64,000 nt of DNA. Source: Guillardia theta CCMP2712 (taxonomy: Eukaryota; Protista; Cryptophyta). The translations under genes were made by a program, and so were the position numbers. Location: the NCBI RefSeq assembly GCF_000315625.1, contig NW_005434671.1, positions 62,001-126,000 on the forward strand. Reading direction: 5' to 3'. The notes below the pieces were generated by a model that saw only the letters and a list, made by a program, of their open reading frames with translations, was not told where the DNA came from and did no database searches. This document shows positions 48,387-61,054 of the stretch, piece after piece (the first letter of the stretch is position 1; every line of letters begins with the position of its first letter).

Positions 48387-49893
48387 ATGTCTGCTAAAGA
48401 TCCTGGTAGCACCCATGCCAATCTCTGGCTTCGCCCTACCAGCTATATACCACCGGTGCTTTTCCTGATGCTGGTCTACACTATTCTTTCATCGCCCTCC
48501 AGGTATGTTTTGATTGTTTTAAACCTGATTTCATTGATTTAATGATCTGCAAGAGACCTCCTCTTGGTTTATGTTTTCCTAACACTTTTTCAGTCCCCAA
48601 TTTCTTGTTGTCTTCGCGCTGTCGTCCTCTGCTGCGATGATGGCTGAACTTCTCACTTTTCCCTGCGACGCCATCAAGGCCAGGACGTAAGCACAGCTAC
48701 TGACGTTTTCTCAACTCGACTCAAACTTTACAGGCAACTCGGACCGTCGGATCGCAACGCGCACCCACCCCCCGGGATGATGGACACATTCTCCTCGATC
48801 CCAACCCTTTATTTCGGCATACGTGCAGGGCTTTTGCGAACTTTGCCCTATAGCGGACTGAGAATGGTACTCTACCGAACGATCCGTGACCTGGCTCAAG
48901 CTACCGCATCTGAATCCTTGAGCCTCTTGGCTCTAGCTGGCCTCGCCATGCTATCCGGGGCGGTAGCACAGTTCATAGTCTCTCCTCTGGATCTGTTCAA
49001 GATTAGAATGCAAGCAGATGGGAGGCGAGTTAAGATGGGACTGAAGCCGGTGTATCATGGTCTGTGGGATATCATGGTATGCTCGCTCCCTTTACTCTAT
49101 TCCTGAGTGACCTTGGGCAAAAGACTTCGGTGCCAAAGCAGGAAGGGTTCAAAAAGTTGTGGGCTGGAAGTACGCCAAACGTAATCCGCGCATGTTGTGT
49201 TAACATTGGAGATCAAGTGAGGACATGCTCCTTATCCGTTGCAGAAGTAACGAATGGCCTCCAGGCAGTCTACGACGTTGCAAAGAGAACTTCGAATGAA
49301 TTGGTGATCAAATGTCGCTGCTCGCAGGATGTCTGTACTGTCAGGGTGTTTGTCTGGCCACCATCCATCCGTTTACTTCACTCCTTCTACTCAAATTGGA
49401 GAGATGACGGATGCTGATGCTACTGGTCTTCAGTTTGGTCAAGGAGTGCTTGCTCAAATTTTGGCAAGCGCCATCACAGGCGTGTCTGGTAGTGCGCACT
49501 TGGCCATGTTGCATTTATCTGATCCTGGTGCAGTCTCAGTTCTAGCTTGCCCAGCAGACACCATCCGCTCCAAACTGATGAACAATGGCCCCTCCTCGCC
49601 GCAACCTCTCCACAAGAGTTTCCGTGACTGTGTTGTCAGCACATGGCGAAGTGGCGGAATTACAGCGTACGGTGTGGCAATGGATTTTCATGTTTGACGA
49701 CCATGACAGTTTTTATCGTGCACTCATACCCATGTACATGAGAGAAGCTCCTTATTACCTTATCATGTGGAACACCCTTGAGCTGTTGAATCACTTCAGG
49801 TGACATTCTTTCAAATCTTCTCAGATTATGTGCATCGCTGCCAAGTCACTGAGCAATACGTGCGGATACAGGAAAGTTGCCGTCGGCTCGTAA
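48387..49893 (+). CDS. Mitochondrial carrier (SLC25), uncoupling-protein-like
   Basis: Three Px[DE]xx[KR]x[KR] signatures: FPCDAIKAR, SPLDLFKIR and CPADTIRSK; also MQADGRR and PNVIRA. The start is uncertain. Confidence 0.88.
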
Positions 49894-50304
49894 TCCTGAA
49901 TGCATCATTGCCCGGCCCGGCGGCGGCACGGTGCCGCGCCAAGTTTCAGTCGGCTGAGTGCCAGTGATGAGAGCATAACTCAAGTTAACACAGTGAATGA
50001 AAAATTTTGACCGTGACAACTGAGTTCCGCTGACGCGCCGGCACGGCGCGCGCCTGGTACTCAGTGACGGTGTCGATCGCCCTGGGTCCGGCGGGGCCTG
50101 CCCGGCCGCACGGGCCGGGTCACGGGGGCCGCTGCCACTCCGATTTTAGATTCAACTCTGCCGAGGCGGGTCAGATCTTGGACTAGGTAAAATTCCAGAA
50201 CCTGTTCCAGAACATGCTGGTGAGATGGTAGGAAAGGGGATGGGAGGGGTAGGAGTTGCAAGAGTGATTGAGTGGAATCAAAGAGTTTCGAGACAAGTTG
50301 GAAC

Positions 50305-50953
50305 ATGATCGAGCATGGACAGGTGAGAACGAGCTTGGCTCTTGGACTGCTCCTGCTGGCTCTCTTGGTAACCCCCTCTGAATCGAGTGAAGACTACACG
50401 ACATTGAAGTCAGTAGAAGATTTCGAAGACAACGTGGTATGCAGTTTGTTTGATGTCTGGAATGAGAGGATCTCTTATCTTGCTGTTTGATCGCTCTGTG
50501 AGTGCTCTCCTCTCACTCGAGATGCTATCTCTGCAGATGAAATCGGCCGACGTCTGGCTCGTGCTGGTTGTGGGCATGAGCTCGGATGAGATCAAGGCGA
50601 GGGGGATTGACCGAGAGAAGTGTCAGAGGGCAATCGATCAACTTGCCGTCATCACGGAGGAGATGAAGAAACTGAGTGTACAAGTAGCCCTTGCAGACGT
50701 CGAAGACATAGCTGGTATTGCATCAGAGTTCAACGTCAGGAAAAGAATGCTCCCCAAGATTTTGCTCTTCAAGACAAGAGCGAGGGATGCTGAGAGCATC
50801 AAGTTTGAGACCTTTCAAGATGTCGATGCCTTGAGACAGGAAGTGCTGGAGATCTTGAAAGATAACCCCACGAGGAAGGTGAAGAGCGAGGATCAAACTG
50901 AGCGGATCGTTTTCGACAAGATCACCCTTGCTGTCGGGGGATCAGAGCTATGA
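50305..50953 (+). CDS. Secretory-pathway thioredoxin-fold-like protein lacking CxxC, C-terminal GSEL
   Basis: Signal peptide; FEDNVMKSADVWLV; VALADV..IASEFNV..LPKILLF. Confidence 0.6.
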
Positions 50954-51038
50954 AGAGGCTCCTCTGACCCTGATGGCTGAATTTACGATATTGACACTTG
51001 TTGACTTGTATAAAAGTTTCAAATCTGCTTGCACGAAT

Positions 51039-52561
51039 TCAGATTTCACCGATGACAATCACAACAAGAACTAAGTCGACGGCAAGAATCAGTGTAAGGC
51101 AAGACAAGACAGAGAAGAAGCAAGAGACGCGGGCTAGCCTGCTGCTGCTCTCCCTGTTATAAGCTCTCTCGACGAAACTCTCATAGCAGACGACCGATCC
51201 GAGGTAGAGGAGGGCCAGGAAGAGAATTTCGGATACGAGCGATGAGTCTGGCAAAGGAAGGGAATCCAGGTTGCGGCTGATCCAGGAGAGAGAGGAGGAG
51301 GAGGGATCTGGTAGAACGATGAGGAGGACAGAAACTGCGATCACATGGACTTACCTAGTGCGAAGAGGATGAGAAGAGAGGACAGAAGGGCGACGAGAAA
51401 ATTGAGCATGAGCGTTATGTTGCTGTACAGGGGCATTCTTAGTTTGTTGGAGAGGTTGAAGACCAGGGCTGCAGCGAGGTACTGGAACAGGCTGAGGAGA
51501 AACGTGACGCTCGTCTCCTCCGATAGGATGTTCTCCTTGGTGTCTGACCTTATCGGTCGGTCTGGACATCCAAGTGGCTGCAGCAAGCAGCAAGCAGCGC
51601 CTTGCTGATAGCAGGAGGAGACGTCCTCAGTCACGCTGGCACAGCCGGCGCGGCAAGTGAAGGAGGGAGAGTGTCTCAGCATGTCTGACGCAAGAACCTG
51701 TGCGGAGAGGATGAGCGGAACGAAGCAGAGGAGAAGGGTGGAGAAGAGAGGAGGGTACCTGGAAGGTAACGCAGAGAACGCACTGGCCGAGCATGGAGAG
51801 GAGAACTTGAAGGGAAGCAAGGTGGGTCTTGACGAGGATGGGAAGGAGAGTGGCTCGAGCTCTTGTCCTCGGCATGGAGACGGTGAAGGGCAGGATGAGA
51901 AACATGTCGATCCATAGGAATTGAGCGTCCGAGAGAGTGGAATTGGTCTGACATGATGATGTCGTTAAAGCAAGCAGCAGAACTATCAGAATGAATGACG
52001 GATAGCAGAGGGTGACGACGGACACGAGGGACACGAGGACGAAGAAGAAGGGGGAGGAGCAGGAGAGGGGGAGGAGCAGGAGCAGAAGGACTGGAGGGGG
52101 GGGAGAAGGGAAGGAATAGGAAGGACGAGGAGAGGGAGAGGGGGAGGGAGAGGAAAAGATGATGATGTGTAGAGGGGAAGTTCTCACCTGATATAGCCAA
52201 AGGACGGAAATGGACTGGATGAGGGAATACATGGCCATGAACTTGAAGCAGGATACCGAGCAAGCAAGCGCTGCTCGCCCCTCTCGCACCAGCGTTACCA
52301 TCCCTCTGATGCTGGGGCAGGAAGAGGTAAAGGGAGCAGCGGCAGACGCCTCAGCAGGGGAGAGGGAGAGGCCAACATGCGCCGCCTTGAGTGCTCCACA
52401 GTCGTTGGCTCCGTCGCCACAGAAACCAACCTGAGAGAAGCAGCAGGCAGGTGAGAAGGCTGTAGAGCATGGAAGAAGGAGGAGGATTGCAGAACACGTG
52501 AAGGAACGGGATAGAAAGTAGGAAAGGAGGAAGCGAAGGAGAGGAGAAAACGAATGTGAAT

Positions 52562-52625
<64 letters not shown>

Positions 52626-55600
52626 AAGGAGGAGGAGGAAGTTTTTCCTGACCATCAGATTCTCTTGGACCTTGAGGAACTCAATGAGCTTTTGCTTCTG
52701 CAGCGGCGACATCCTTGCGTACACAACGGCCCGCGACAGGAGAATGCGAGCGGGCAAGGAGTCGAGGTCATCTTGGAGGAGAATGAGGAGGAGGAGGTCG
52801 AAGGTATCGCCAGTCATAGCGACAGCAACATCTCCCCTTTCGATGGACGCCATGTCAAGCTGCTGGAATGACAGAAACTTCTTGCACTGCTCCTCCTCCT
52901 CCTTCTCCTCCTCCTCCTCCACTCCCTCCTCATTTGCTCCTCGCCCCTCCCCCCCCACCTCTGCCTCCTCTGCCTCCTTCCCCCTGGAAAACAATCCTTC
53001 TCTGCGCGGGGGAATGACCTGAAAACGGAGGAATTCTCTTCCTGTCTTCCCTTCCTCCCCATCCTCACGCGTCCCACCCTCCTTGTCAGGGGCGAGAGCG
53101 ACGAGCACTGCCCTCCTCTCTTCCACCATCCGACACGCCCGCGCTGCGCTCAGAGCAGTCAGCACGTGATCGCCAGTGACCATAGAGCATCGGATGTTGG
53201 CGGCCTGCAGCTGGAGGATGGAGGGCAGCGAGTCGCTCTTGATCGGGTTCTCGAACACGAGGAGGCCGCAGAAGACAAGGTCGCGCTCGATCTGCCGCCT
53301 CTCGATCCCCTCTGTCGCCTCGTCCTCCCGCATGCTGATAAAGCCTGTCAGTCCCTTCGTCCCCTCCCCACTCTCCTACCTGCGATGTGCGCACGCAATC
53401 ACTCGCTTCCCGTCCTCTGCGAGAGATCGAAGAAGCATGAAGGCTGAAGGAGGAAGGGAGGAGGGGAGGCAGAGTTGGAAGATGACCTCTGGCGCTCCCT
53501 TCACGAAGATCCATCGAACAGGTGCACGCGAGCACGCGAGCTCAGCTACACAGGAGCAGCGCTTGAGCTCCGAGGTGAAACGAAACCGACGCAGCAACAC
53601 AGCAGCCGAAACGTCCTCCACTTGCCTTCCCTGCTCCTCGTCCACCAGCTTGAGTCCAGCTCGCTCAAAGTGAACCACATCCACATGCTCCTGCTCCTCT
53701 CCTGTCTCAGACTCCCCCTCCTTCCCCTCCTCAGCTTTCCGACTCGCAAGCTCGAGCTTGCACCCAGTCCTGGCGAAGACCTCCTCATCGAGAGGGTCCC
53801 CGACGAGCCCCTCGGCCGTCCGCGTCAGATCATGACAGCAGGACATGCAGGCCAACAGGTTGTGGTCTTGCTGAGACGAGGAGAGCGAGGGGGTTGCATC
53901 TTGAGGGGTGCGGGAAGCAGAGAGGGAGGAGGGAGAGGAAGGTAAGGAGCAGGAGGGAGAGGAGGAGGAGTACGAGGAGGAGGAGAGGATCTCGGCGAGC
54001 GAGAAGGAGCGGAGGAGGTGGACGCGGTCCTCAGTCAAAGTTCCCGTCTTGTCAAAGCAAACGACGTCGAGCTGACCGGCCGCGTTGACTCGCACGGGGC
54101 TGGAGCAGAAGATCTGCTGCGCTCGTAGGCGGACCATGGCGATCTCCAGGCCGATGACGAGAGCAGCTGGGAGGGCAGGAGGGACGGTGATGGTGATGAT
54201 GTCGCATGCTCGGATGATGAGGTCTTGGAGGGTGACGCCGAAGGTCAGCATGCGAGAGAGGGAGAGGAAGAAGCCGAGCACAGCGACCACGGCGAGGCCT
54301 GCGGAACAGACTCGTCACACTCACTGAGGGAGGAGAGAAGGAGAGGAAATGAGGTTTGAGAAGATAGTGTGAAAGTGGAAACAATAAGGTGAAGAGGGGG
54401 GGGGGGGGAGGGAGGCAGGTGAACGCATAAAATGTGAGATGAAAATAGAGGAGAGAGGAGAGCAGGAGCAGAAGCAGGAGGAGCAGGAGCAGGACCAGGA
54501 GCAAGAGCAGAGCAGGAGAGGGAGAAGGAGCAGGAGCAGGAGCAGGGAAGGGACTTCACAGCAGAAGTTCAACCTGCTACAAACAGGAGGGAGTCCCTGT
54601 AGAATTGCATCTTTGCACTTCCAGAGATGAGAATGGATCGAACAAGCTGTCCCTTAGCTGTGAGGTACCCTGTCCTGACGACCACAGCAGACGCCTGGAC
54701 GCCAGGAGCAGAGATGACCTCCGTGATCTTCGTGCCTCCTCGCACCAGGCTCGCACACAAACACTTGTCGCAGGAAAGCTTGTCCTCCTTCCTCCTTTCT
54801 GCCTCCTGCAGCTCTTCACAGGAGGGAGGGCTCTTGAGGATCGGAACAGACTCGCCGGTCAGCATGCTCTCGTCGACCACGCAGCTTCCTCGAACGAGGA
54901 GGAGGTCACAAGGAGCAGCCATGGAACCATTGAGGATGAGGATGTCACCGGGAACCAGGTCGCTCACGTCGACTTCCACGTAGTTCTCCTCCCTTCTCAG
55001 TGCCAGCTGGCGGTAGACAGTCACCGTCTGCCGCACCTCCGCCATCCTGCGGATCCTCATCAAGTTTCTGCGGGTAGTGTAGGTGGATGAGACAGCAGAC
55101 ACGATCGACATGATGGCGATGGCGCACGCGTAGTAGGTGTAACCATCGATGAGCCAGATGAAGATGGAGAAGACCTGAAAGACGTAGAACGGGTTCAAGA
55201 CTTCGTCGAGGAGCAGGGACAGGCTCGACTTGAGAGGAACATGAAGTTCGTTCAGCCCGAAAATCCTCTTCCTCTTCTTCACCTCTCCTGTGGTCAGCCC
55301 CTGGGATGTAGTGTCGCGAATGTAGTCAAGGTGCGCGTTAATGTTGAAACATGCAGGGAGGAAGGAGGAGCCACCGATCTGGAAGTACCTCAGGCTCCTG
55401 TACAGGAAGAAGGAAGAGAGAGATGTCTCAGTCTCATCCTCCACTCTCTGCATCTTGCACACAGTCTTCGAGCCATCGGCTCCTTGTACAAGCACACTGT
55501 CTGCCTGCTGCCTGTCGCTTGTTGCTCGGTGAGTCGCATGGAGCTTCAGGACGGGGAACCAACGTAGAACGAGTCCACTCAGGCCGAGAGAGAGGAAGAA

Positions 55601-55822
55601 GAGGAGAGTATGAGCGAAATTCCTTGTTCCGTCACTTTGAAAGAACTCCACATGCTCGATTCGCATGTCGTCCTCCACGTCCTCCTGCACTTCAAACAGG
55701 TCTGCTGACCACTTTCTGTCATCTGCAGCATCTGTAACGCGAGCATCCAGCACCAATCTGATTGTGTCTGAACTGGTTTCATGTTCATGGGAGATTTCCT
55801 GTAGTTCGACGTCTCTTGACAT
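51039..55822 (-). CDS. P5B-type ATPase (ATP13A2/Ypk9-like)
   Basis: NPFYVFQ, DESMLTGES, PPALP (P5B-specific), CFDKTGTLT, KGAPE, VFEN, MVTGD and CGDGANDCGALK. Confidence 0.95.
52563..52625 (+). repeat. Intronic (CAGGAG)n microsatellite
   Basis: Tandem repeat in a P5B-ATPase intron; it produces spurious poly-Leu in the ORF track. Confidence 0.93.
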
Positions 55823-56437
55823 TCGAGCACAGTCAACAAACTTTCAGTACTCTGATGATCATTGACTGCCTGTTTAACATGTCACTGAAAACTTGACTTC
55901 ATCGTCCTTCACATATATGCGAGTTCTCCTCACCTCTTCCTCTCCTTGCTCCTTCATTCCTCCTTCTCCCTCCGTCCTCCTGAGTCCTCCAAGCCGCTTG
56001 CATGCCCCGACATTCCTCACTTCTAGTTGTATAGGAGGGGTACCAAGTGATCTAATACCGGCCTTTGGATTACAAATTTAATTAGGAAAAGGTGGGTAGT
56101 GCACTACCCCTACCTAGGATTTTCCCTGAGCCTTGCTTCGATGCCCGGCTGAAAGGAACAACCATACCCAAGCTGCTGGGGAAGCGAACAAGTTGTTAGA
56201 TCATGTGTCGCCGTGTGCGGTAGAAGATATGATTGTCACATCTTGACTCGCTATGAATGGAGATCCGATATGGATGAGCTGGAACAAAAACCAACCCTAC
56301 CACAATGAACTCCTTCATAAGGAGGGCAGGACATACAAACTCTGATGCCGGTCATGGAAACAGCAAAACATGAAATGAAACAGCTCCTTCACTACTATTA
56401 CACACATGAACGAAATTCTCAAACGAGCTTCCTCCTA

Positions 56438-59400
56438 TCACGAACTCTTCGAGAAGAATCCGAAGATCCCCGTCTGCTTCTGCTTCTTCTCTGTAGAGTG
56501 CCCCAATCTTGCCAGCTCTAGCGCATGCTCGACCTCCCCCTCCTCGATGTCAGGCCCGAAGGCTGCTTCCCTATCCATGGCTCCTGACATGACGAGGTCT
56601 TGGAGGAGAATCTTCACTAGATCCTCCTCTGTGGCGAAACTCGTCTTCCTGTCCACACTGAACACGACGCGGAGGATGAACTGGTTGACGGCATCGTACT
56701 GCATCTCGATGGAAGGAGCGCAGCCCAGCCACTTGAGCTCGTTGTCGTCGTCTCCCTCCTCCTCCCACTCGACCTCTCGCAGGGTCACCGTTGACTCCAC
56801 GTCGGTATCGGTGAAGTCTACGATCTTCTCGCTGAAGAAGGTGTGAAGCCCCTCCACGCTCTTGTACTTCTTGTTCAGCTTCACCCTCAGCGTCAGGGCC
56901 CCTGATGCGGAGAACTCCAGGAATCGCATCAGGCGGATGAGCCCGTAGGAGCTAGCAAGGAGCCAGATCATGTTGAACGCAAACCACAAGCCTGGAGGGA
57001 CGATGAGCGGCTCGTAGAAGATGCTGTAGACCCAGGCTGGCTGGTTGATGTTGAGGGTGCCAGCCGCCAGCCTGTCGACCACCATGAAGCAGAAGCCGCC
57101 TGCCAGCACAACCTGCATGACGCTGAGGGAGGCGGAGGATCGCTCGTTAGCCGTGGAGGCGTCGACGAGGAACTTGGTGTTGCTGTCGATGTTGCGGAAG
57201 ATGTTCTCCAGCTGCCGGGTGGTGATGATGTCCATGCTGCGCTGGAGGATCTTTAGCTGATTTCCAGCTCCGGTGATGAGCTTGCTCATGTCTTCGATGC
57301 GCGAGCTGACGTTGTGGCTCATGCCCTTGCAGTTGAGGATCTCGAACAGTCGCTGACCCTTGGAGTCCTGCGGCAGCTCGGGCACGAGCAGATCCTGCAT
57401 GGACTCTGCGAGGTAGGAGAGAGTCTCCTCCATGAGGATGAGGTCTCGGGAGGCTTCGGAGAGTGCTGTACGGAGCCTTGCAACGTTGTCGGGGTCGGTG
57501 TGGTACTGCAAAGTGAGCTGCCTGATCTTGTTGAGAGTGTCGTTCAAGATGAAGGTCCGCAAGAAGAAATTCCTGACGAACGCCTCCCGACAGAGCAGCG
57601 ATGTGTAGTAGAGGAGGAAGGGCTCGAGGATCAAGGCATCTGGCCCACACAACATGATCCCAATCTTTCCGATGATGATAATGTTCTCGTCACTGATATC
57701 TTCGGCTGCGTAGATTTCCCCCACCACTTGCTTCAGCTCGTTCTCAAGGAAACCTCGATCCAAGTAGTGGGCAGCGGGCAACTTGGGGTGGATCATATCA
57801 GCTACGATGACATTGACTTTGCTGCGATTTGACGAGTCCCCGATGAACATCATGTCCATCAAAGATCTTTGATACCCAGAAAGCAGATCGTCCATGATTT
57901 TGCTGGAGTCTAGCTGAATATCCACGAGGATTCTTGCAAGCAAGTCAATCGATACATTGGTTGCTGCTCTGTCCATCACTGCCTCTATCTTCATCCCATT
58001 CAACGCGGTCCCATCCATGTTCAGGTGCATTCCGAAATTCTCGACCTGCACGATGCCTGTCGCTTCAGGGAAGTTGATCTCTGTCTCGATGTTGATAAAG
58101 TGCACGAGATCGAAATCAATCACTTTCACGGACGTGAGTCCTGGGGATATCTTGAAGTTTGTATTGAGCGGAGTTTTGTCAACCTGCAAGAAACGATTTC
58201 TCACGCGTCGTCTCGTTCAAAGTTTGATAGTTCACCAGCGACGTGAAAAATCCTCCTTGACAACGGTCCAGAGCTCCAAGCCTTTCATTCAGAGCCACGA
58301 TGTTGTTTGCCCCTGACATGTCACGTTCAGAAACTCATCACTTTGCAGAAGGATTCACCAAAAGGCACCCATTCTCCAACAAGTATGTTCACGTTTGAAA
58401 GCCGTAGGGCTCTAAAACATGAATCAGTGCAACCTTGCACAGAACACAACAGAAGAATCACTCATTCAGCTCGTCTTTCACATTCGTCACTCCTAGAGCA
58501 CATTCATGTGCTCTGTGCGTGTTGCTCGTTAGCGGCTTTCCCCAGGGTGTTCGAAGGTTGGCCGGCAGAAAGGGACTGGTAACGTAGCTCACATCTTCTA
58601 CATCTGAGCAGGTTGATTGTCTCTGGTATCCAGATCTTGTTGTCAACAAGAAAGCGTCTCCGTCATAGCTGGCAAGCACATCAACCAAGAAAAATTACAC
58701 TTTCCATTGCACCTGCAGTGAAGAAGCTCAGAGTCATAGTGCTAGCAACACAGCAGGTCAGTTGCTTTCATTGCAAGGATCTTTTGTCACACTGGGGCAT
58801 TGGGAGCGTAGGTGAAGCTATCTATATCTTGGAAGAGAGTGTTGGGGAGCGTTTTGAGATACTGCAACGATGTCAAGTCGAAATTCAAGAAGATGATTGT
58901 TGCAGACCTTAATCCCAGAGGTGGACACTTGGTATGCAGTGATGGGCTGAAAATCCTCAGTAGCAATCTTCAGACCATTGAGAAGTTTGTTTTCACGCAA
59001 TTCGTCTATGCAGGACTTTGCTTCCTGTGAAATATTGAGAAATTGCCTTCTGGTTATCCCAGCATGGCTGATGGTAACTGATTGCGGGCTATAATCGATT
59101 TCAAACACTCCTGTAGAATGCGAATCAGGCAAGATGGACTTCTGCAGCATGAAGAACCTGAAATGATTCCTTCATAGATCAAAACCAAAAGAGGCAACTC
59201 TCGGATCCAAGTTTCTTTCACATCCGGTCCTGTTGACGCTTGGGCATATTTGCTAATCAGGATGAGCAGCTTGGAATGGATCACTGTCATCTTAAAGTGA
59301 TCACGATCCACATGATCTCTGACTCTTCCCGCATGAAAGTCTTCTTGTGACAACTTGGACATCCCAGACTCCATCGACGCGATAGAAGGCGTCTTTCTCC

Positions 59401-59572
59401 CCCAAACTCCTTTCGCAGCCCAGTTCTCTCTTTTGCCAAACTTGCCTTCCCGGATGTTTGACATGGCACTGTTGTCAGAGTAGGCTGGGGAGGAGGCGCC
59501 ACTCCTCCTGCTTCGATCTCTTTCCCTGCCCTCCGACGACCCCGCCTGCGAGTATGCCCTGTACTCCGCCAT
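56438..59572 (-). CDS. Large uncharacterised protein: winged-helix-like N-terminal domain, long helical region and two C-terminal TM helices
   Basis: Chained ORFs 59054-59572, 58818-59150, 58458-58688 and 56438-58204 on one strand, separated by intron-sized gaps. Confidence 0.75.
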
Positions 59573-59744
59573 GACCCCGCCGCCCTTTCAAGTTTGACCC
59601 GCTGCCAGTGCGCTTTCGTCTCTGTAACGGAGGAAAACCGATTAGTACCAACCGTTATTTTTGACCGTTGTTCTTACCGTTACATAATTCTCGAAATAGC
59701 GCTTTGGGCATGCTGAGTAGTTGAGAATGCAGGTTGCGAATGCC

Positions 59745-60946
59745 ATGGAAGAGCGAAGAGGAGGAGCAGGAGGAAGACAACAGGGGAGAGTAAGATCAAC
59801 AGCCATCGCCATCGTATGCGCAGCAGCACTGCTGTTGCTTGTTGTGGGTGTTGAAAGGGAGTCGACCGGGAGCCAAGATAGTGTATGGCTTCTCAAGGAG
59901 AAGGTTGCGGCGTCTGGAGTGAAGGATTCATCCTTTGCCGAGTGGTTCAGGAAACAATCAGCAGCCATTTGGTATGCTTGACGTTGCACCTTATTGGTCT
60001 CTGATGCCTTGGTCAGGTTTGGAAAACGAACCTTCAAACAGAAACTCGCCAAAGAGAAGACAGAAAAACTCTCTCGCTGGCTGACACAGCATGATGTGCA
60101 TGGGATGCAGTCGGTGATGAAGGAAGAGGCAGAGCGTCGCCTCAAAGCAAGGAAAGTTGAGCTGGCCATGGAGAAGTTGGCTCGCAAGGAGCACTCAGAC
60201 AAGCTTGCGAAGGCACTGAAGGAGGAGCTAGCGAGCTACAGTGAACTTAAGGATGTGAGCCGACGAAAGGCCCGCATCAGTCAAGAACTTGCGGAATATC
60301 AGCCCATTCGAACGGAAGGTGATTATGCTGACCTGCCAGAAGCTCGGGTTCTGTCAGTCATCAACAGTCTGAACGACAACTTCCGGTAACAGGGACCGTG
60401 ATGGTGCATGGGTGACGTGACTGAGCTATGCAGGAATCGATCCAGCAGTGAGATCAGCACACAGGCATCACAGGCAAAAGAAACTCCTGAGCAAGAAGCG
60501 CAAAGAAAGGAGGAGGAAAGGAAAGAAGCTGAGGAAGGTGTTGCTCACATGTTGTCGATTGCCGCCGCTCATCTCCTTGTGTAGTTGCCAAGACAGAGAG
60601 GACAATGGCGTCAACAGGGCCGACTTTGAAGAAGATGTATGACGACGTGGTTGAGGTTGACCCAAGACTTTGCAATCATTTTCCTGATCTTCGTTTCCAG
60701 TTGAAGAATTCACAGAAAAATGATTTGGATAAGATGGACAGCAACCTGCAAGCTATCTATGATGAAGTAAGTTTGGCGTGATATTCGAAGGTCATTCTGA
60801 CTCCTTTGCATAGCACGGCTACAAGTCGGCAGACATTTCCCAGTGCGGTGACCACTGCATTGAAGTTCAGGAGCAGAATGTCAAAGAATCGCAACAACAG
60901 TCTGCAAGAGAGGCGCAGCAGAAAGCAAGAGAAGACCAGGAACTGA
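59745..60946 (+). CDS. Hypothetical N-terminally anchored coiled-coil protein
   Basis: Hydrophobic IAIVCAAALLLLVVG followed by charged helical exons. Confidence 0.6.
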
Positions 60947-61054
60947 AGGATGGGTTCAAATGATGTAATCATCGATCTTGAATGTGTAAATCTGTACATA
61001 TAGCAACAAGACTGTTAAATCCTCTACGCACAGCATAACCTCATCAGTACCCCT

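Noticed and set aside
57314-57832. Long antisense ORFs opposite real genes (also 40861-41526 and 53475-53945)
   Set aside because: Shadow ORFs are expected from GC-rich codon usage, and these show no motifs.
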